From assembly GCF_006345805.1 (NCBI RefSeq), contig NC_043016.1, positions 1,860,001-1,924,000 on the forward strand: a DNA stretch of 64,000 nucleotides. The letters run 5' to 3'. Source of the stretch: Octopus sinensis. Its lineage: Eukaryota. The notes beneath the pieces were generated by a model. It saw nothing but the letters and a program-made list of their open reading frames with translations. It ran no database searches and was not told the DNA's origin. Positions 27,358-39,789 of the stretch are shown here, piece after piece; positions within the stretch are counted from its first letter, which is position 1, and every line of letters begins with the position of its first letter. Position numbers and translations under genes: made by a program.

Positions 27358-27783
27358 AATTAAGAAATGGAGTTAAACGCAGGTGTTATTCTTCATACTT
27401 CCGGCAAATGTTTCTAAGAAAACATTGATATTATTCCGGAGAGAATAAAATGATGTAAAACAATGCAGTCATCTCGTCAGGAAAAAAAAAAGAGAAACAA
27501 AACATCAATAAGCCATTTGTACTGAATGTGATTACTGCGTATATGATAAAGGGGAACGCTAAAAAATAACCTGCCAGCGTTCCCCTTTATCATATATGCA
27601 GTAATCACATTCAGTAAAAATGGCTTATTGATGTTTTGTTTCTCTTTTTCTTTTCCTGACGAGATGACTGCATTGTTTTACATCATTTCATTCCCTCCGG
27701 AATAATATTAATGTTTTCTTCGAAACATATGTCGGAAGTATAAATATTTCAATATCACCTGCGTTTGACACCATTTCTTAATT
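27358..27783. repeat. Fold-back inverted repeat, ~205-bp arms with 15-nt spacer
   Basis: 27358-27560 is the imperfect reverse complement of 27576-27783 (centre ggggaacgct-aaaaaataacctgcc-agcgttcccc). Confidence 0.9.
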
Positions 27784-27979
27784 TATATATATATATTTGA
27801 GTATATTTTTGTGAGTATCCATTCATTCCTTTATTTGTGTAAATTAAAATAATTTAATAATACAATACCACATGTTGCTCTACTACTTCAAGCCTTTCTA
27901 ACCACTTTTTTCAAAACACCTGGTAGAACATGAGTTCTTGGGGGCAAAATAGGAATGTCAATATTTTCTGTTATTATTC

Positions 27980-28441
27980 AGTGAGAGAGCAACGACCAAT
28001 ATAACCATCATGACTACTCACCTTATAAGGGTTCACCTGACACATGTATCACAATTATATGTGCACGACATGGGGATCTCATATCAAGATAAACATAAGA
28101 TGACCTTGTAGGTGGGGCTCAATAAGACTTTTTTTCATGTTAAGTGGCCCATGCTACTCAAAAAAATCTTTGAATAAAAACACCAAAGAATCCCTCTCAA
28201 CATATAGCTATGATGCTCCCCCATGACTTCTGCTCGTGATCACATATGCACACATCGTCAGCCACTAAGGGACATGCTCAACTGTTAAAGTCAAACAACT
28301 GACAAGCAAATCTGTGGTATTGAGCAGAATATTTGCTGTAGCCCATCTTTTATACCAAGACAAACAATGTACATGATAACACTTCCAATCAGTTAAGATC
28401 AGAAGCCATGAGAACCACTGCCTGGTAGGGCATCAGGGCAT
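27980..28441 (-). mobile_element. ~555-bp TAA-embedded element, internally deleted diverged copy
   Basis: Colinear with 29664-30218 and has the same catcagggcat terminus. Confidence 0.85.
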
Positions 28442-28461
28442 TTATTATATTTTTTTTATTA

Positions 28462-28508
<47 letters not shown>

Positions 28509-28516
28509 TATTATTG

Positions 28517-28553
<37 letters not shown>

Positions 28554-28567
28554 TATTATTATTGTTA

Positions 28568-28634
<67 letters not shown>

Positions 28635-28702
28635 CATTATATCATCATCATCACATCATCATCATCATCAACATCATCATCATCATCATTATTATTATTA
28701 TT

Positions 28703-28736
<34 letters not shown>

Positions 28737-28743
28737 CCATCAC

Positions 28744-28796
<53 letters not shown>

Positions 28797-28868
28797 CCAT
28801 CACCATCATCATCATCATCATCATCATCATCATTATCATTATCATCATCATCATCATCATTATCATCA

Positions 28869-28944
<76 letters not shown>

Positions 28945-28946
<2 letters not shown>

Positions 28947-29416
28947 TATGTTTGACTTTTGCTTTATATTTGTACAAGTTGGCTCCAAGTCTCACCCAGA
29001 GACCTCAAGAGACAACAGGGTTGGAAGTTCATGTTGTTGTTATGCCTAGTGTGCCATATATTTGGGAGGGGGTGTTGTACTAATGAATGTCTAAAAAAAA
29101 GTTTTTTTTTTTTAAATCGAAAATTATGTTTGTTTTAAACCTTGAGATTACATAGAATGTATTTTGCGTAGGATATGAGCAGTTCCCATGAGCACCATCT
29201 TTTGAATTTCTGCCATTTTGGGGTTTCCTGGTATCTGAGTTAGGTAGCTATCAGCCCCTTTTGCTATCATTCCCAGGGCACAGGTATTGACAACAGGTAT
29301 TGATTTAGTCTTCAGGTTCCACATATTGCTGATTTCTATTTCAAGATCTTTATATTTCCTCAGTTTTTGCTAGATCTTGACAGATACGTTTATATCGATT
29401 GGGACAGTCATATCAA

Positions 29417-29417
<1 letters not shown>
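28945..29417 (-). mobile_element. R4/Dong lineage A, 3' end (RLE C-terminus + 3' UTR)
   Basis: Reverse complement of ~9265-9740; trinucleotide tracts on both sides. Confidence 0.9.
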
Positions 29418-29463
<46 letters not shown>

Positions 29464-29465
29464 TA

Positions 29466-29538
<73 letters not shown>

Positions 29539-29552
29539 TATATTATTAATAA

Positions 29553-29584
<32 letters not shown>

Positions 29585-29586
29585 CC

Positions 29587-29617
<31 letters not shown>

Positions 29618-29663
29618 TATTATTATTATTATTATTATTAATATTGTTATTATTATTATTATT

Positions 29664-30218
29664 GAGTGAGAGAGCAGTTCATGCCATCAAAGTGACACTG
29701 GGGTAAAATATACGAAGCCCAATATACCCATCATGACTACCCGTCTGATAAGGGTACCCCAGGCACATGCATCACAACCATATGTGCATGACATGGTGAT
29801 CTCATATCAAGATAAACAGCACCTGACCTTGCAGGTGGGGCCCAGTTAGAATTTTCTTCAGTTTGAGTAGCCCATCCCGCTCAAAAGGTCCCTGAATAAG
29901 GGTTGTTTAAGGATGTTGAACGAAACACCCATGTTTCCAGAGGTGAATTATTCAAACCCCAAAGAATCCCTCTCAACACATGGCTATGATGCTCCCCCAC
30001 TACTTCTGCTCGTGATCAGAGATGCACATATCGTCAGCCACTAAGGGACATGCTCAACTGGTTAAGGTCAAACAACTGACAAGCAAATCTGTGGTATTGA
30101 GCAGAATATTTACTGTAGCCCATCTTTTATACCAAGACAAACAATGTACATGATAACACTTCCAATCAGTTAAGATCAGAAGCCATGAGAGCCACTGCCT
30201 GGTACTGCATCAGGGCAT
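29664..30218 (-). mobile_element. ~555-bp non-coding TAA-embedded element, reference copy
   Basis: Minus strand reads (aat)n-atgccctgatgcagtaccagg...ctgctctctcactc-(aat)n; five copies in the window. Confidence 0.9.
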
Positions 30219-30220
30219 TA

Positions 30221-30255
<35 letters not shown>

Positions 30256-30297
30256 TATTATTATTATTATTATTATTATATTATTATTATTATTATT

Positions 30298-30853
30298 GAG
30301 TGAGAGAGCAGTTCATGCCATCAAAGTGACACTGGGGTAAATATATACGAAGCCCAATATACCCATCATGACTACCCGCTGATAAGGGTACCCCAGGCAC
30401 ATGCATCACAACCATATGTGCATGACATGGTGATCTCATATCAAGATAAACAGCACCTGACCTTGCAGGTGGGGCCCAGTTAGAATTTTCTTCAGTTTGA
30501 GTAGCCCATCCCGCTCAAAAGGTCCCTGAATAAGGGTTGTTTAAGGATGTTGAACGAAACACCCATGTTTCCAGAGGTGAATTATTCAAACCCCAAAGAA
30601 TCCCTCTCAACACATGGCTATGATGCTCCCCCACTACTTCTGCTCGTGATCAGAGATGCACATATCGTCAGCCACTAAGGGACATGCTCAACTGGTTATG
30701 GTCAAACAACTGACAGGCAAATCTGTGGTATTGAGCAGAATATTTACTGTAGCCCATCTTTTATACCAAGACAAAACAATGTACATGATAACACTTCCAA
30801 TCAGTTAAGATCAGAAGCCATGAGAGCCACTGCCTGGTACTGCATCAGGGCAT
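30298..30853 (-). mobile_element. ~555-bp element, tandem second copy
   Basis: Near-identical to 29664-30218, separated by ~80 bp of (TAT)n. Confidence 0.9.
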
Positions 30854-30962
30854 TTATTATTATTATTATTATTATTATTATAATTATTATTATTATTATT
30901 ATTATTATCATTATTATCATTATTATTATCATTATCATTATCAGTATTGTTATTATTATTAT

Positions 30963-32090
30963 TTTTTCTTCTTTCAAATTTGCTTCCATTTCTTGCTGAG
31001 TGTCTTCCCGACACCTAGGGCAAAGAAACTCATAGTATACCTTGGTAGGCCATTAAACTAAACTCAATAGTTAGTTCGTTTTTTTTTTAAGTTAAATAAA
31101 ATACATGAGCAGCAAAGTTTCTCACATCGACAATGCTCTTCTCAATACGTGTGATGTACCAGTTAAGACAATCTTTTGCACTTCTTGCAGGGATGGTAAG
31201 CCAGGGATCATTCTCATATAATTTTCGGTTCCCTTCTTGATCATTCCTAGTGCTCCTACGATCACTGGTATTGTAACCGCCTTGAGATGCCACATTTTCT
31301 CAATTTCAATGAGTAGGTCTTTATATTTTCTGAGTTGTCAAACACTTTCGCTGAGATATTATGATCACAGGGGATGCTCATGTCGATCAATAAGCAAACT
31401 TTATTGTTTTGGTCTTTCACAACAATATCTGGTTTATTGGCTTTGATGGTTCGGTCTGTATGTACTGGAAAGTCCCACAGAATCGTTACATTTTCTCCTT
31501 CAGTTACAGCTTCAGGGTGGTGGATTATACCACTTGTCGGCAGTTTTGATATTGTAATGCCGACTTATTAGCCAGTGTAGATATTGGCCAACTCTGTCAT
31601 GTCTTAATTTATACTCCACTGGTGCTAAGACTTTACAATCAGAGATTAGGTGGTCCACCGTTTCAATCATGTTGCAGAATCGGCATTTTGGGTCTGCTCC
31701 ATTTTTCATCACATTGGCCTGGTAGTTCCGGGTTAATAAGGCTTTGATCGTGAGCAGCCAGGATGAAACCTTCGCTCTCTGCTTTTAGCCCTGAGGTCTG
31801 TAGCCACTGATGGGTTTGCTTCTGGTCAACATCAGCTTGTTTGCTGCGGGCCACATATTTGCCCTGCAGAGGTTTCTCCTCCCACCTATCAACCAATTGC
31901 TCGTGCGCTTTTTTCGTTGCCATCATTTTCACCTTCTTTGCAACGATAGTTGCCGTACTCCCTCGGGTTGTTCAGTTCGGGTATCCTGCACGGGATCAAT
32001 AGCAAATTTTTTGCTTTCCTTTATGATAGAATGAAGCTTCTTTCGTCTCTCGTGATTTTCCACGAGCTTTAGCATCCAGTCATTCGTTAT
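30963..32090 (-). mobile_element. R4/Dong lineage B, 5'-truncated copy
   Basis: PLQGKYV..LKAESEGFILAAHDQ, CRFCN..DHLISDC, RHD; similar to 32165-33290 but with substitutions and indels. Confidence 0.9.
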
Positions 32091-32130
32091 TATATATATA
32101 TGTGTGTGTATACATACACACGTGCATATC

Positions 32131-32163
<33 letters not shown>

Positions 32164-32164
32164 T

Positions 32165-34470
32165 TTTTTTTCTTCTTCTTTCAAATTTGCTATCATTTCT
32201 TGCCGAGTGTCTTCCCGACTCCTAGGGCAAAGAAACTCATAGTATACATTGGTAGGCCATTAAACTAAACTCAGTAGTCCGTTAATTTTTTTTTTTTTTT
32301 GAGCAGCAACAGTTCTCACATCGACAATGCTCTTCTCAATACGTGTGATGTACCAGTTAAGACAATCTTTTGCACTTCTTGCAGGGATGGTAAGCCAGGG
32401 ATCATTCTCATATAATTTTCGGTTCCCTTCTTGATCATTCCTAGTGCTCCTACGATCACTGGTATTGTAACCGCCTTGAGATGCCACATTTTCTCAATTT
32501 CAATGTGTAGGTCTTTATATTTTCTGAGCTTGTCAAACTCTTTCGCTGAGATATTATGATCACAGGGGATGCTCATGTCGATCAATAAGCAAACTTTATT
32601 GTTTTGGTCTTTCACAACAATATCTGGTTTATTGGCCTTAATGGTTCGGTCTGTATGTACTGGAAAGTCCCACAGAATCGTTACATTTTCTCCTTCAGTT
32701 ACAGCTTCAGGGTGGTGATTATACCACTTGTCGGAAGTTTTGATATTGTAATGCCGACTTATAAGCCAGTGTAGATATTGGCCAACTCTGTCATGTCTTA
32801 ATTTATACTCCACTGGTGCTAAGACTTTACATCCAGAGATTAGGTGGTCCACTGTTTCAATCATGTCGTTGCAGAATCGGCATTTTGGGTCTGCTCCATT
32901 TTTCATCACATTGGCCTGGTAGTTCCGAGTTAATAGGCTTTGATCTTGAGCAGCCAGGATGAAACCTTCGCTCTCTGCTTTTAGCCTGAGCTCCGTAGCC
33001 ACTGATGGGTTTGCTTCTGGTCAACATCAGCTTGTTTGCTGCGGGTCACATATTTGCCGTGCAGATGTTTCTCCTCCCAATTATCAGCCAATTGCTCGTG
33101 CGCTTTTTTCATTGCCATCATTTTCACCTTCTTTGCAACAATAGTTGCCGTACTTCCCTCGGGTTGTTCAGTTTGGGCATCCCGCACGAGATCAATAGCA
33201 AATTTTTTGCTTTCCTTTATGATAGAATGAAGCTTCTTTCGTCTCTCGTGATTCCACGAGCTTTAGCATCCAGTCATTCGATATTTCGAGATATTTGGCC
33301 AGTCCAATTGTGTGTTTTTGTAAGCTAGTTCAAATTGGATCAGGCCTCGACCTCCTTGGGCTCTGGGAAGGTAAAGGCGATCTACGTCTGCCTTTGGGTG
33401 GTGCATCCTATTACAAGTCAGCAGCTTGCGTATTTTTCTATCTGTATTCTTTACTTCACTCATATTCCAGTTCAACACATTGTAGCTATAAGTAACAACT
33501 GGAACTGCTAAGTAATTTATAGCTAACACCTTGTTACGTGCATTTAGTTCAGATTTCAGGACTGCACGAACTCTCCTATAACATTCCTTCCTGATTTTCT
33601 CTTTCATGCTTGCATGCTGAATACCAGAGCCTTCATTTATCCCTAAATATTTGTATGTTTGTTCTTGCTCAAGCTCTCTTATGATTGTGTCAACATCTAA
33701 CACGACTGAATTTGTGGTCTTCACTTTCCCTTTCTGGAAAGTGGCCCTGGCACACTTCTCAAGTCCAAACTCCATTCCGATGTCATCGCTGAATGCTTTC
33801 ACGGTGCGCAATAGGCCTTCAAGTTCATTATTGTCTTTACCATAAAGTTTTAAGTCATCCATATAAAATAGATGGCTTATTTTTTTATTGGCAATTTTAT
33901 ACCCATACTCTGTTCTGTTTAATTCACTTGTAAGGGGTATTAGGGCTATGCAGAATATTAAAGGTGAAAGTGAGTCACCTTGAAAAATTCCACAGTTGAT
34001 GTTTATATTTTCTGAGGCAAGTACTCCATTAGAGTGGTATAATTGGAGATTCGTATTCCACAACGACATATTGTGCTTCAGGAAGTTTGAAATCACAGGG
34101 GAAATTTTGAAGATGTCCAGCGATCTCAAGATCCATGGATGCGGTATACTGTCGAAGGCCTTTTTATAGTCAATCCATGCGGTGCTGAGATTTCTGCGCT
34201 TGTTGTGACAGTTCTCAAGGATCATACGATTGATTAGCAGTTGATCTTTGCATCCGTAAGAGCCTCGGCGGCACCCTTTTTGTTCAATGGGGAAAATATC
34301 GTTCTTCTCCATGAATGCATATGTTTTCTCCGCCAGGATAGATGTTAGGATTTTATACGTGGGGATAGACAGGTTATAGGCCGATAGTTTTTTTGGAAGG
34401 TTGGTTTCGTTATTCTTTGGGGTAGTAAGTAATGCCACTTGCTAACCATTCAGGTGTTTTCTTTGGTCTC
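32165..34470 (-). mobile_element. R4/Dong lineage B, RT to RLE
   Basis: ORF 33263-34438 is RT (EQKGC, WIDYKKAFDS, GIFQGDSLSP, HLFYMDDLKLY); ORF 32316-33002 has CRFC..DHLISGC, RHD and KPDIVVKD..IDMSIP; (TAT)n on both sides. Confidence 0.95.
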
Positions 34471-34489
34471 TATTATAATATTATTATTA

Positions 34490-34529
<40 letters not shown>

Positions 34530-34536
34530 TATTATT

Positions 34537-35079
34537 GAGTGAGAGAGCAGTTCATGCCATCAAAGTGACACTGGGGTAAAATATACGAAGCCCAATATAC
34601 CCATCATGACTACCCGTCTGATAAAGGTACACCAGGCACATGCATCACAACCATATGTGCGCGACATGGTGATCTCATATCAAGATAAACAGCACATGAC
34701 CTTGCAGGTGGGGCCCAGTTAGAATTTTCTTCAGGTTGAGTAGCCCATCCCGCTCAAACGGTCCCTGAATAAGGGTTGTTTAGGATGTTGAAAGAACCAC
34801 CCATATTTCCAGAGGTGAACTATTCAAACCCCAAAGAATCCCTCTCAACACATGGCTATGATGCTCCCCCATACTTCTGCTCGTGATCAGAGATGCACAT
34901 ATCGTCAGCCACTAAGGGACATGCTCAACTGGTTAAGGTCAAACAACTGACAAGCAAATCTGGTATTGAGCAGAATATTTGCTGTAGCCCATCTTTTATA
35001 CCAAGACAAAACAATGTACATGATAACACTTCCAATCAGTTAAGATCAGAAGCCATGAGAGCCACTGCCTGGTACTGCA

Positions 35080-35080
<1 letters not shown>
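34537..35080 (-). mobile_element. ~555-bp element, 5' end ~10 nt shorter
   Basis: Colinear with 29664-30218. Confidence 0.9.
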
Positions 35081-35138
<58 letters not shown>

Positions 35139-35159
35139 TATTATTATTATTATTATTAT

Positions 35160-35298
35160 TCTATGTTTGACTTTTGTACAGGTTGGCTCCAAGTCTCACC
35201 CAGAGACCTCAAGAGACAACAGGTTGGAAGTTCACATTGTTGTTATGCCTAGTGTGCCATGTATTTGTTTTTTTTTGTGTTGTACTAGTGAATGTCTC
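35160..35298 (-). mobile_element. R4/Dong lineage A 3' UTR only
   Basis: ctatgtttgac..ggctccaagtctcacccagagacctcaagagacaac, matches 28945-29090. Confidence 0.85.
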
Positions 35299-35391
<93 letters not shown>

Positions 35392-35564
35392 TTATTATTA
35401 TTATTATTATTATTATCATCATCGATTTTCCTGAACATTTTTCAACTCGTTGACAATTGACGGTTTTAATTGCTTTATATACTTATCAACAATGTCATTT
35501 TGGTTTGAGCCCACCCCCCTTCACCAAAAGAATGTTAAAAATAAAATCAAAGCAATGCATATGG

Positions 35565-35728
35565 ACACAGATATGATTGTGTGGTTAAAAATGTTGCTTT
35601 GCAACTACGTATCATAGGATTCTATTCCACCACGCAGCAACTTAGGCAAATGAGTATAGTCCCGGACCGACCAATATCTTGTGAGTAGATTTGGTAGACG
35701 TTGGAAACTGTGAAGAAACCCGTCGTGT
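35565..35728 (+). mobile_element. SINE family A head, old copy
   Basis: gattgtgtggttaaaa..gaccgacc..gatttggtagacg..aaacccgtcg. Confidence 0.6.
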
Positions 35729-35822
35729 GTGTATATATACACAGATACACACACTCACGCATATACACATTTATGTATATGTATATTATATATATGTGTG
35801 TGTATACATACACACGTGCATA

Positions 35823-36370
35823 TCTATTATATAAAATCGTTCTGTCTGTGTGTGTGTCTTCTCCAATCTCGAGCATCCTCCATCCGATTGCGCTCAAATT
35901 TGATATGTAAATACCAACGGTATCAAGGCATGTATAAGTCTTGAAAAAATTTTAAAAATCGATTCCAAGTGAGAATGCGATCAATAAAGCCGTTTTTGTC
36001 CTGCTTTTCTTCCGTCAATCTGTACATAATTGCACCTTCCATTTTTTGTTGTTTTTGTACTGCTTAAAGGCACGTTTCTTTCCTGCCAAGCTTACGGTTT
36101 AAACCATGTTTGTGTTCTCCTAGTCAACAGCCTTATCATTACTGGTACTTTAAACTCTTCAGTTGCATATTTGTGTGAATAAAATTTGTTTTCCTTTGGA
36201 ATAGAAAAATGTCTATCTTTATTTCTTCTTTTGCTGGTGTCTCAAATTTAGGTTAAATCAGTGTTTCCCAAGGGTAGGCCTATGGGACGGTCGGACAAGT
36301 TGTTTTGAGAAAATTTAGTTTAAATGTTTGACAACTCAGCGCCGTCCATTGGACGGGGGGCGTTTTGCTC

Positions 36371-36371
<1 letters not shown>
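35823..36371 (+). mobile_element. Non-autonomous Helitron-like element
   Basis: A|TCTATTATATAAAA 5' end, ctgtctgtgtgtgt repeat, ccgattgcgctcaaatttg, 3' hairpin ccgtcc-att-ggacgg, CTCG|T terminus (CTAG-like). Confidence 0.65.
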
Positions 36372-36422
<51 letters not shown>

Positions 36423-36509
36423 ATATATATATATATTATATATATATATATATATATACATACATACATACATACATGCATACATACATACATACATACA
36501 TACATACAT

Positions 36510-37064
36510 GGTGGCTGCCCCCTCGTTATCGTGTATGGCCATTGTACGGAGCTTAATCAATGTTGTTATCGTGCAATGCCGGTGCAAGAAGACTGTTTTT
36601 AAAGTGAGGAAAGGCTGTGCACCGAGTCAATCCCACTCACTAAGCAATAGCAGCCATAATCCGAAAAGAAGAACAAGTCAACATCATCGGTAACCACTGA
36701 GCCGTAGGTTTTATGTCGGAGTTATCCCAGTTACCTGAGTTACCTTCTCTCAGAAGGATGCCCTAACAAAGGTTAGGAGTCCTTCACTCCCAATGGTTTA
36801 ACCGCGCGATCGAGTATTCAGTCCGATTATTTCTATGTCCTCGCGCATGACGCATCCTTAAGACATTTATTGGGTGGCCGTTGACTCTCAAGAGTTCCTC
36901 CGCCCTTTGACGGGTTTTGTTTTTCATCCCGCAGGGTGTCCAATAAACACCCTCCTCACCAAGCAAGCTTGGTGGGGTTGCCGGTTTAGTCGCCGACGAC
37001 CCGACTATGCAACAGGTTGTACTGGGTTACATGTTACGAGTAGCACTGGAAAGTGACCTGACAT
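36510..37064 (-). mobile_element. ~550-bp non-autonomous RTE-like element embedded in (TACA)n
   Basis: 3' end ttaagctccgtacaatggccatacacgataacgagggggcagccac resembles the 3' end of the RTE piece at ~50690-50735; GC-rich hairpin-rich 5' half; no ORF. Confidence 0.6.
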
Positions 37065-37649
37065 AAACAGACATACATACATACATATATATATACATAC
37101 ATACATACATAGATACATACACACATACATACATACATGCATACCTACATACAAACATACATGCATACATACATACATACATACAAACATACATACCTGC
37201 ATAAACTGGCATTGCAAGCAGAGTTGGTACAGAAGCAATTGTAACTGATTTTTAAAGATGTTAAAGTATTTTTGTCATATTATTTGGATCATGTACACAA
37301 ACACACACGCACACGCACACGCACACGCACACGCACATATATATAATGATAGATAGATATGTATATATAAATATACATGCATACATATATTCACACACAC
37401 ACACATACACACATATTTTTATGTATGTGAGTATGTATCTTTGTGTTTGTCTCCAATGGTCTCTTGTTTACGTCCACATAACTTAGTACTTCGAAAAAGG
37501 AGCCGATAGGAAATGTTGCAGGCTTAAAATTATGTACTGGGTTCGGTTTGTTGGGCTAAATCTTTCAAAGTGGTGCTTCATCATGGCTGTAGTCTTATGA
37601 ATAAAGATAAACGATAAAGGTCCTGTATTTGCATCTCATCTATCTTTAA

Positions 37650-38016
37650 TCTTTTGTCTGTTTTAGTTAGTAGACTGCGGCTATATTGGGGTAACGGTTT
37701 TTTTTAATTGAATGATTCGACCTCAGTTTTTATTTTTTTAAACCTGATTCTATTGGTTTCTTTTTGTCAAACCGCTAAGTATGGGGACATAAACAAACCA
37801 ACACCTGTTATCAAGTGGTAATGGAAGACAAATACACACACATTCACACACACGCACTCATATATGACATGCTCTTTTCAGTTTCCGTCTAACATATTTA
37901 CCCACAAGGCTTTTGTTGACTTGAAATTAAAGTTGAAGAATCTTGCCACAGTGGGACTGAACCCGGAACCATATGGTTGGGAAGCAAGCTTCTTATCACA
38001 CAGCTACGCCTGCGCT
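37650..38016 (-). mobile_element. SINE family A (tail + CA repeat + head)
   Basis: Head at 37864-38016, tail at 37650-37840; a second degenerate tail lies at ~37440-37610 in the opposite orientation. Confidence 0.7.
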
Positions 38017-38129
38017 TATCTAAAAATTACTATCAAACTCTTTAATGTGTGTTTCTTTCGTTTAGCAATTCGTCAGCACGTATTATAGCAGTACATATTA
38101 TAAGAAAAACAATTATCTTTGTAGACTTC

Positions 38130-38740
38130 ACAATTTATTACATAACGTTAATAGCTGATATTAAATTTGTTCTGCATACAACAAGAGAATCATATTCTAT
38201 ACGTCGTATTATATACTTCATATTGACGTAGTCTTTCATGCATCCACCTCATTACATAACATTAACAGTTATATTAGTCTTACATATTATTACATTATAT
38301 TAATAATCTCATATTAAAGGAATTTTGTATACTACAGTACTAAAAATCATTAACGGAATTACACTAAAGTATTGTTATGTATAACCCAGTTGTTTTACAT
38401 AACATTAACAGCATTCTATTTGTCATATATACAATATTATTACGTTAAATGAACATCTCTTTATTAAAAAAATAACAAAAGATAAAAATTTTACATATAG
38501 TTCAATGTTTAATCGTGCTCTATAGCCGTCTCAGTTTACTAATCAAAGTAATGTTGTTTACAACAGTATTACATAACATTAACAACTTTATATTAAAGTT
38601 GTCTAGTACACTATACTATTACATGGCTTTATAATAAAGTAGTTTTGTATACAACATTATTACATGACATTAATGGATTTATATTAAAGTAGTCTTATAT
38701 ACATCACTATTACATCACATTAACGGTCTCATATTACTTT
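38130..38740. repeat. Degenerate ~50-bp AT-rich minisatellite
   Basis: Recurrent tattacat(a/g)acattaa(c)..tatattaaagt.gt..tgtatac units. Confidence 0.7.
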
Positions 38741-39789
38741 AACTTTTACACCCTTATCATCAGCATTAATGACAATAAACTCATAAATAGACAGTGCTTA
38801 ACAGTAAAAGATTCTTTCAACATAAAAAAAATTTCTCCTTTGGAATCCGAGAATTTATTTCTGGATTCCTGAAATAATTTTCCTGGAAATAAATTTTTCC
38901 CTGGTTAAGAATCGCAGTTTTAGATGATGTTTTTTCTCTGTTTAAAGCATGATAACTTCGATACTCATTCAGAAGTATGCGCGAAATTGTTAGTGTAGTT
39001 GTTCTTGTTTAGCTTTAAGTGAACCCTCATTCAGAAGATATAATGAAAAACATCCCAGTTATTGCCTTCGAGTTGCTAGAAACTTTTACAACTAGATGAC
39101 ACAATGCAACGTTTTGTTTAGAAGACAGTGCGTGTAATTTGAGAGCCATTTGGTTACTATACGTAGCAGGCTTAGCTATAATCGTAAAACATCAAACGCA
39201 AGACTATATCTAAAGTTGTCTATATACACTATAAACCGAGACTTTCTAGGGGTATAGAATATTAAGTATGCACTAAATTATGTCAAATTTAACCTGCTTA
39301 TATACGCTGCGAATTGAAACTCCTGTAGAACATTATACATACTTCAAATTAAATTAAGTTTCCTTTTTTCATTTGTTAGTGATAATTATTGCATTATATA
39401 GAAACATGGTTCTCTAATACACACACATACACACAAACGCACGCGCGTTCACGCAAGCGCGCGCGTTCACGCAAGCGCGCGCGTTCACGCAAGCGCGCGC
39501 GCAAACGCACATGCACGCGGACACACACCCGTTCACATATTCAGGTTTAGCTATGAGTCCACATATAATATACAATATAGATATGACAATATAGGCTATC
39601 AAAATGATAATACGAGATGTTTAAATAATAACAATCATGAAAATATTATTTTCGTATTCCTCGTTATTTCAATAGTAAAAGGAAAATATTTCTACATTTA
39701 ACCCTTTTCATATTTTTTATCATTTCTAAAATATAGTATCGCTTATAGTGGATTCAACCAGCGTCTATTCGCTACAACAGTGAATAATG

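Noticed and set aside
29664-30218. Hammerhead or HDV ribozyme in the 555-bp element (CUGACGA present)
   Set aside because: No GAAA after a stem II and no compatible stems I/III; no HDV P1/P3/P1.1 arrangement found by hand.
29664-30853. CRISPR-like or LTR-like direct repeats
   Set aside because: The repeats are 555-bp elements separated by microsatellite, with no unique spacers, cas genes, PBS/PPT or internal gag-pol.
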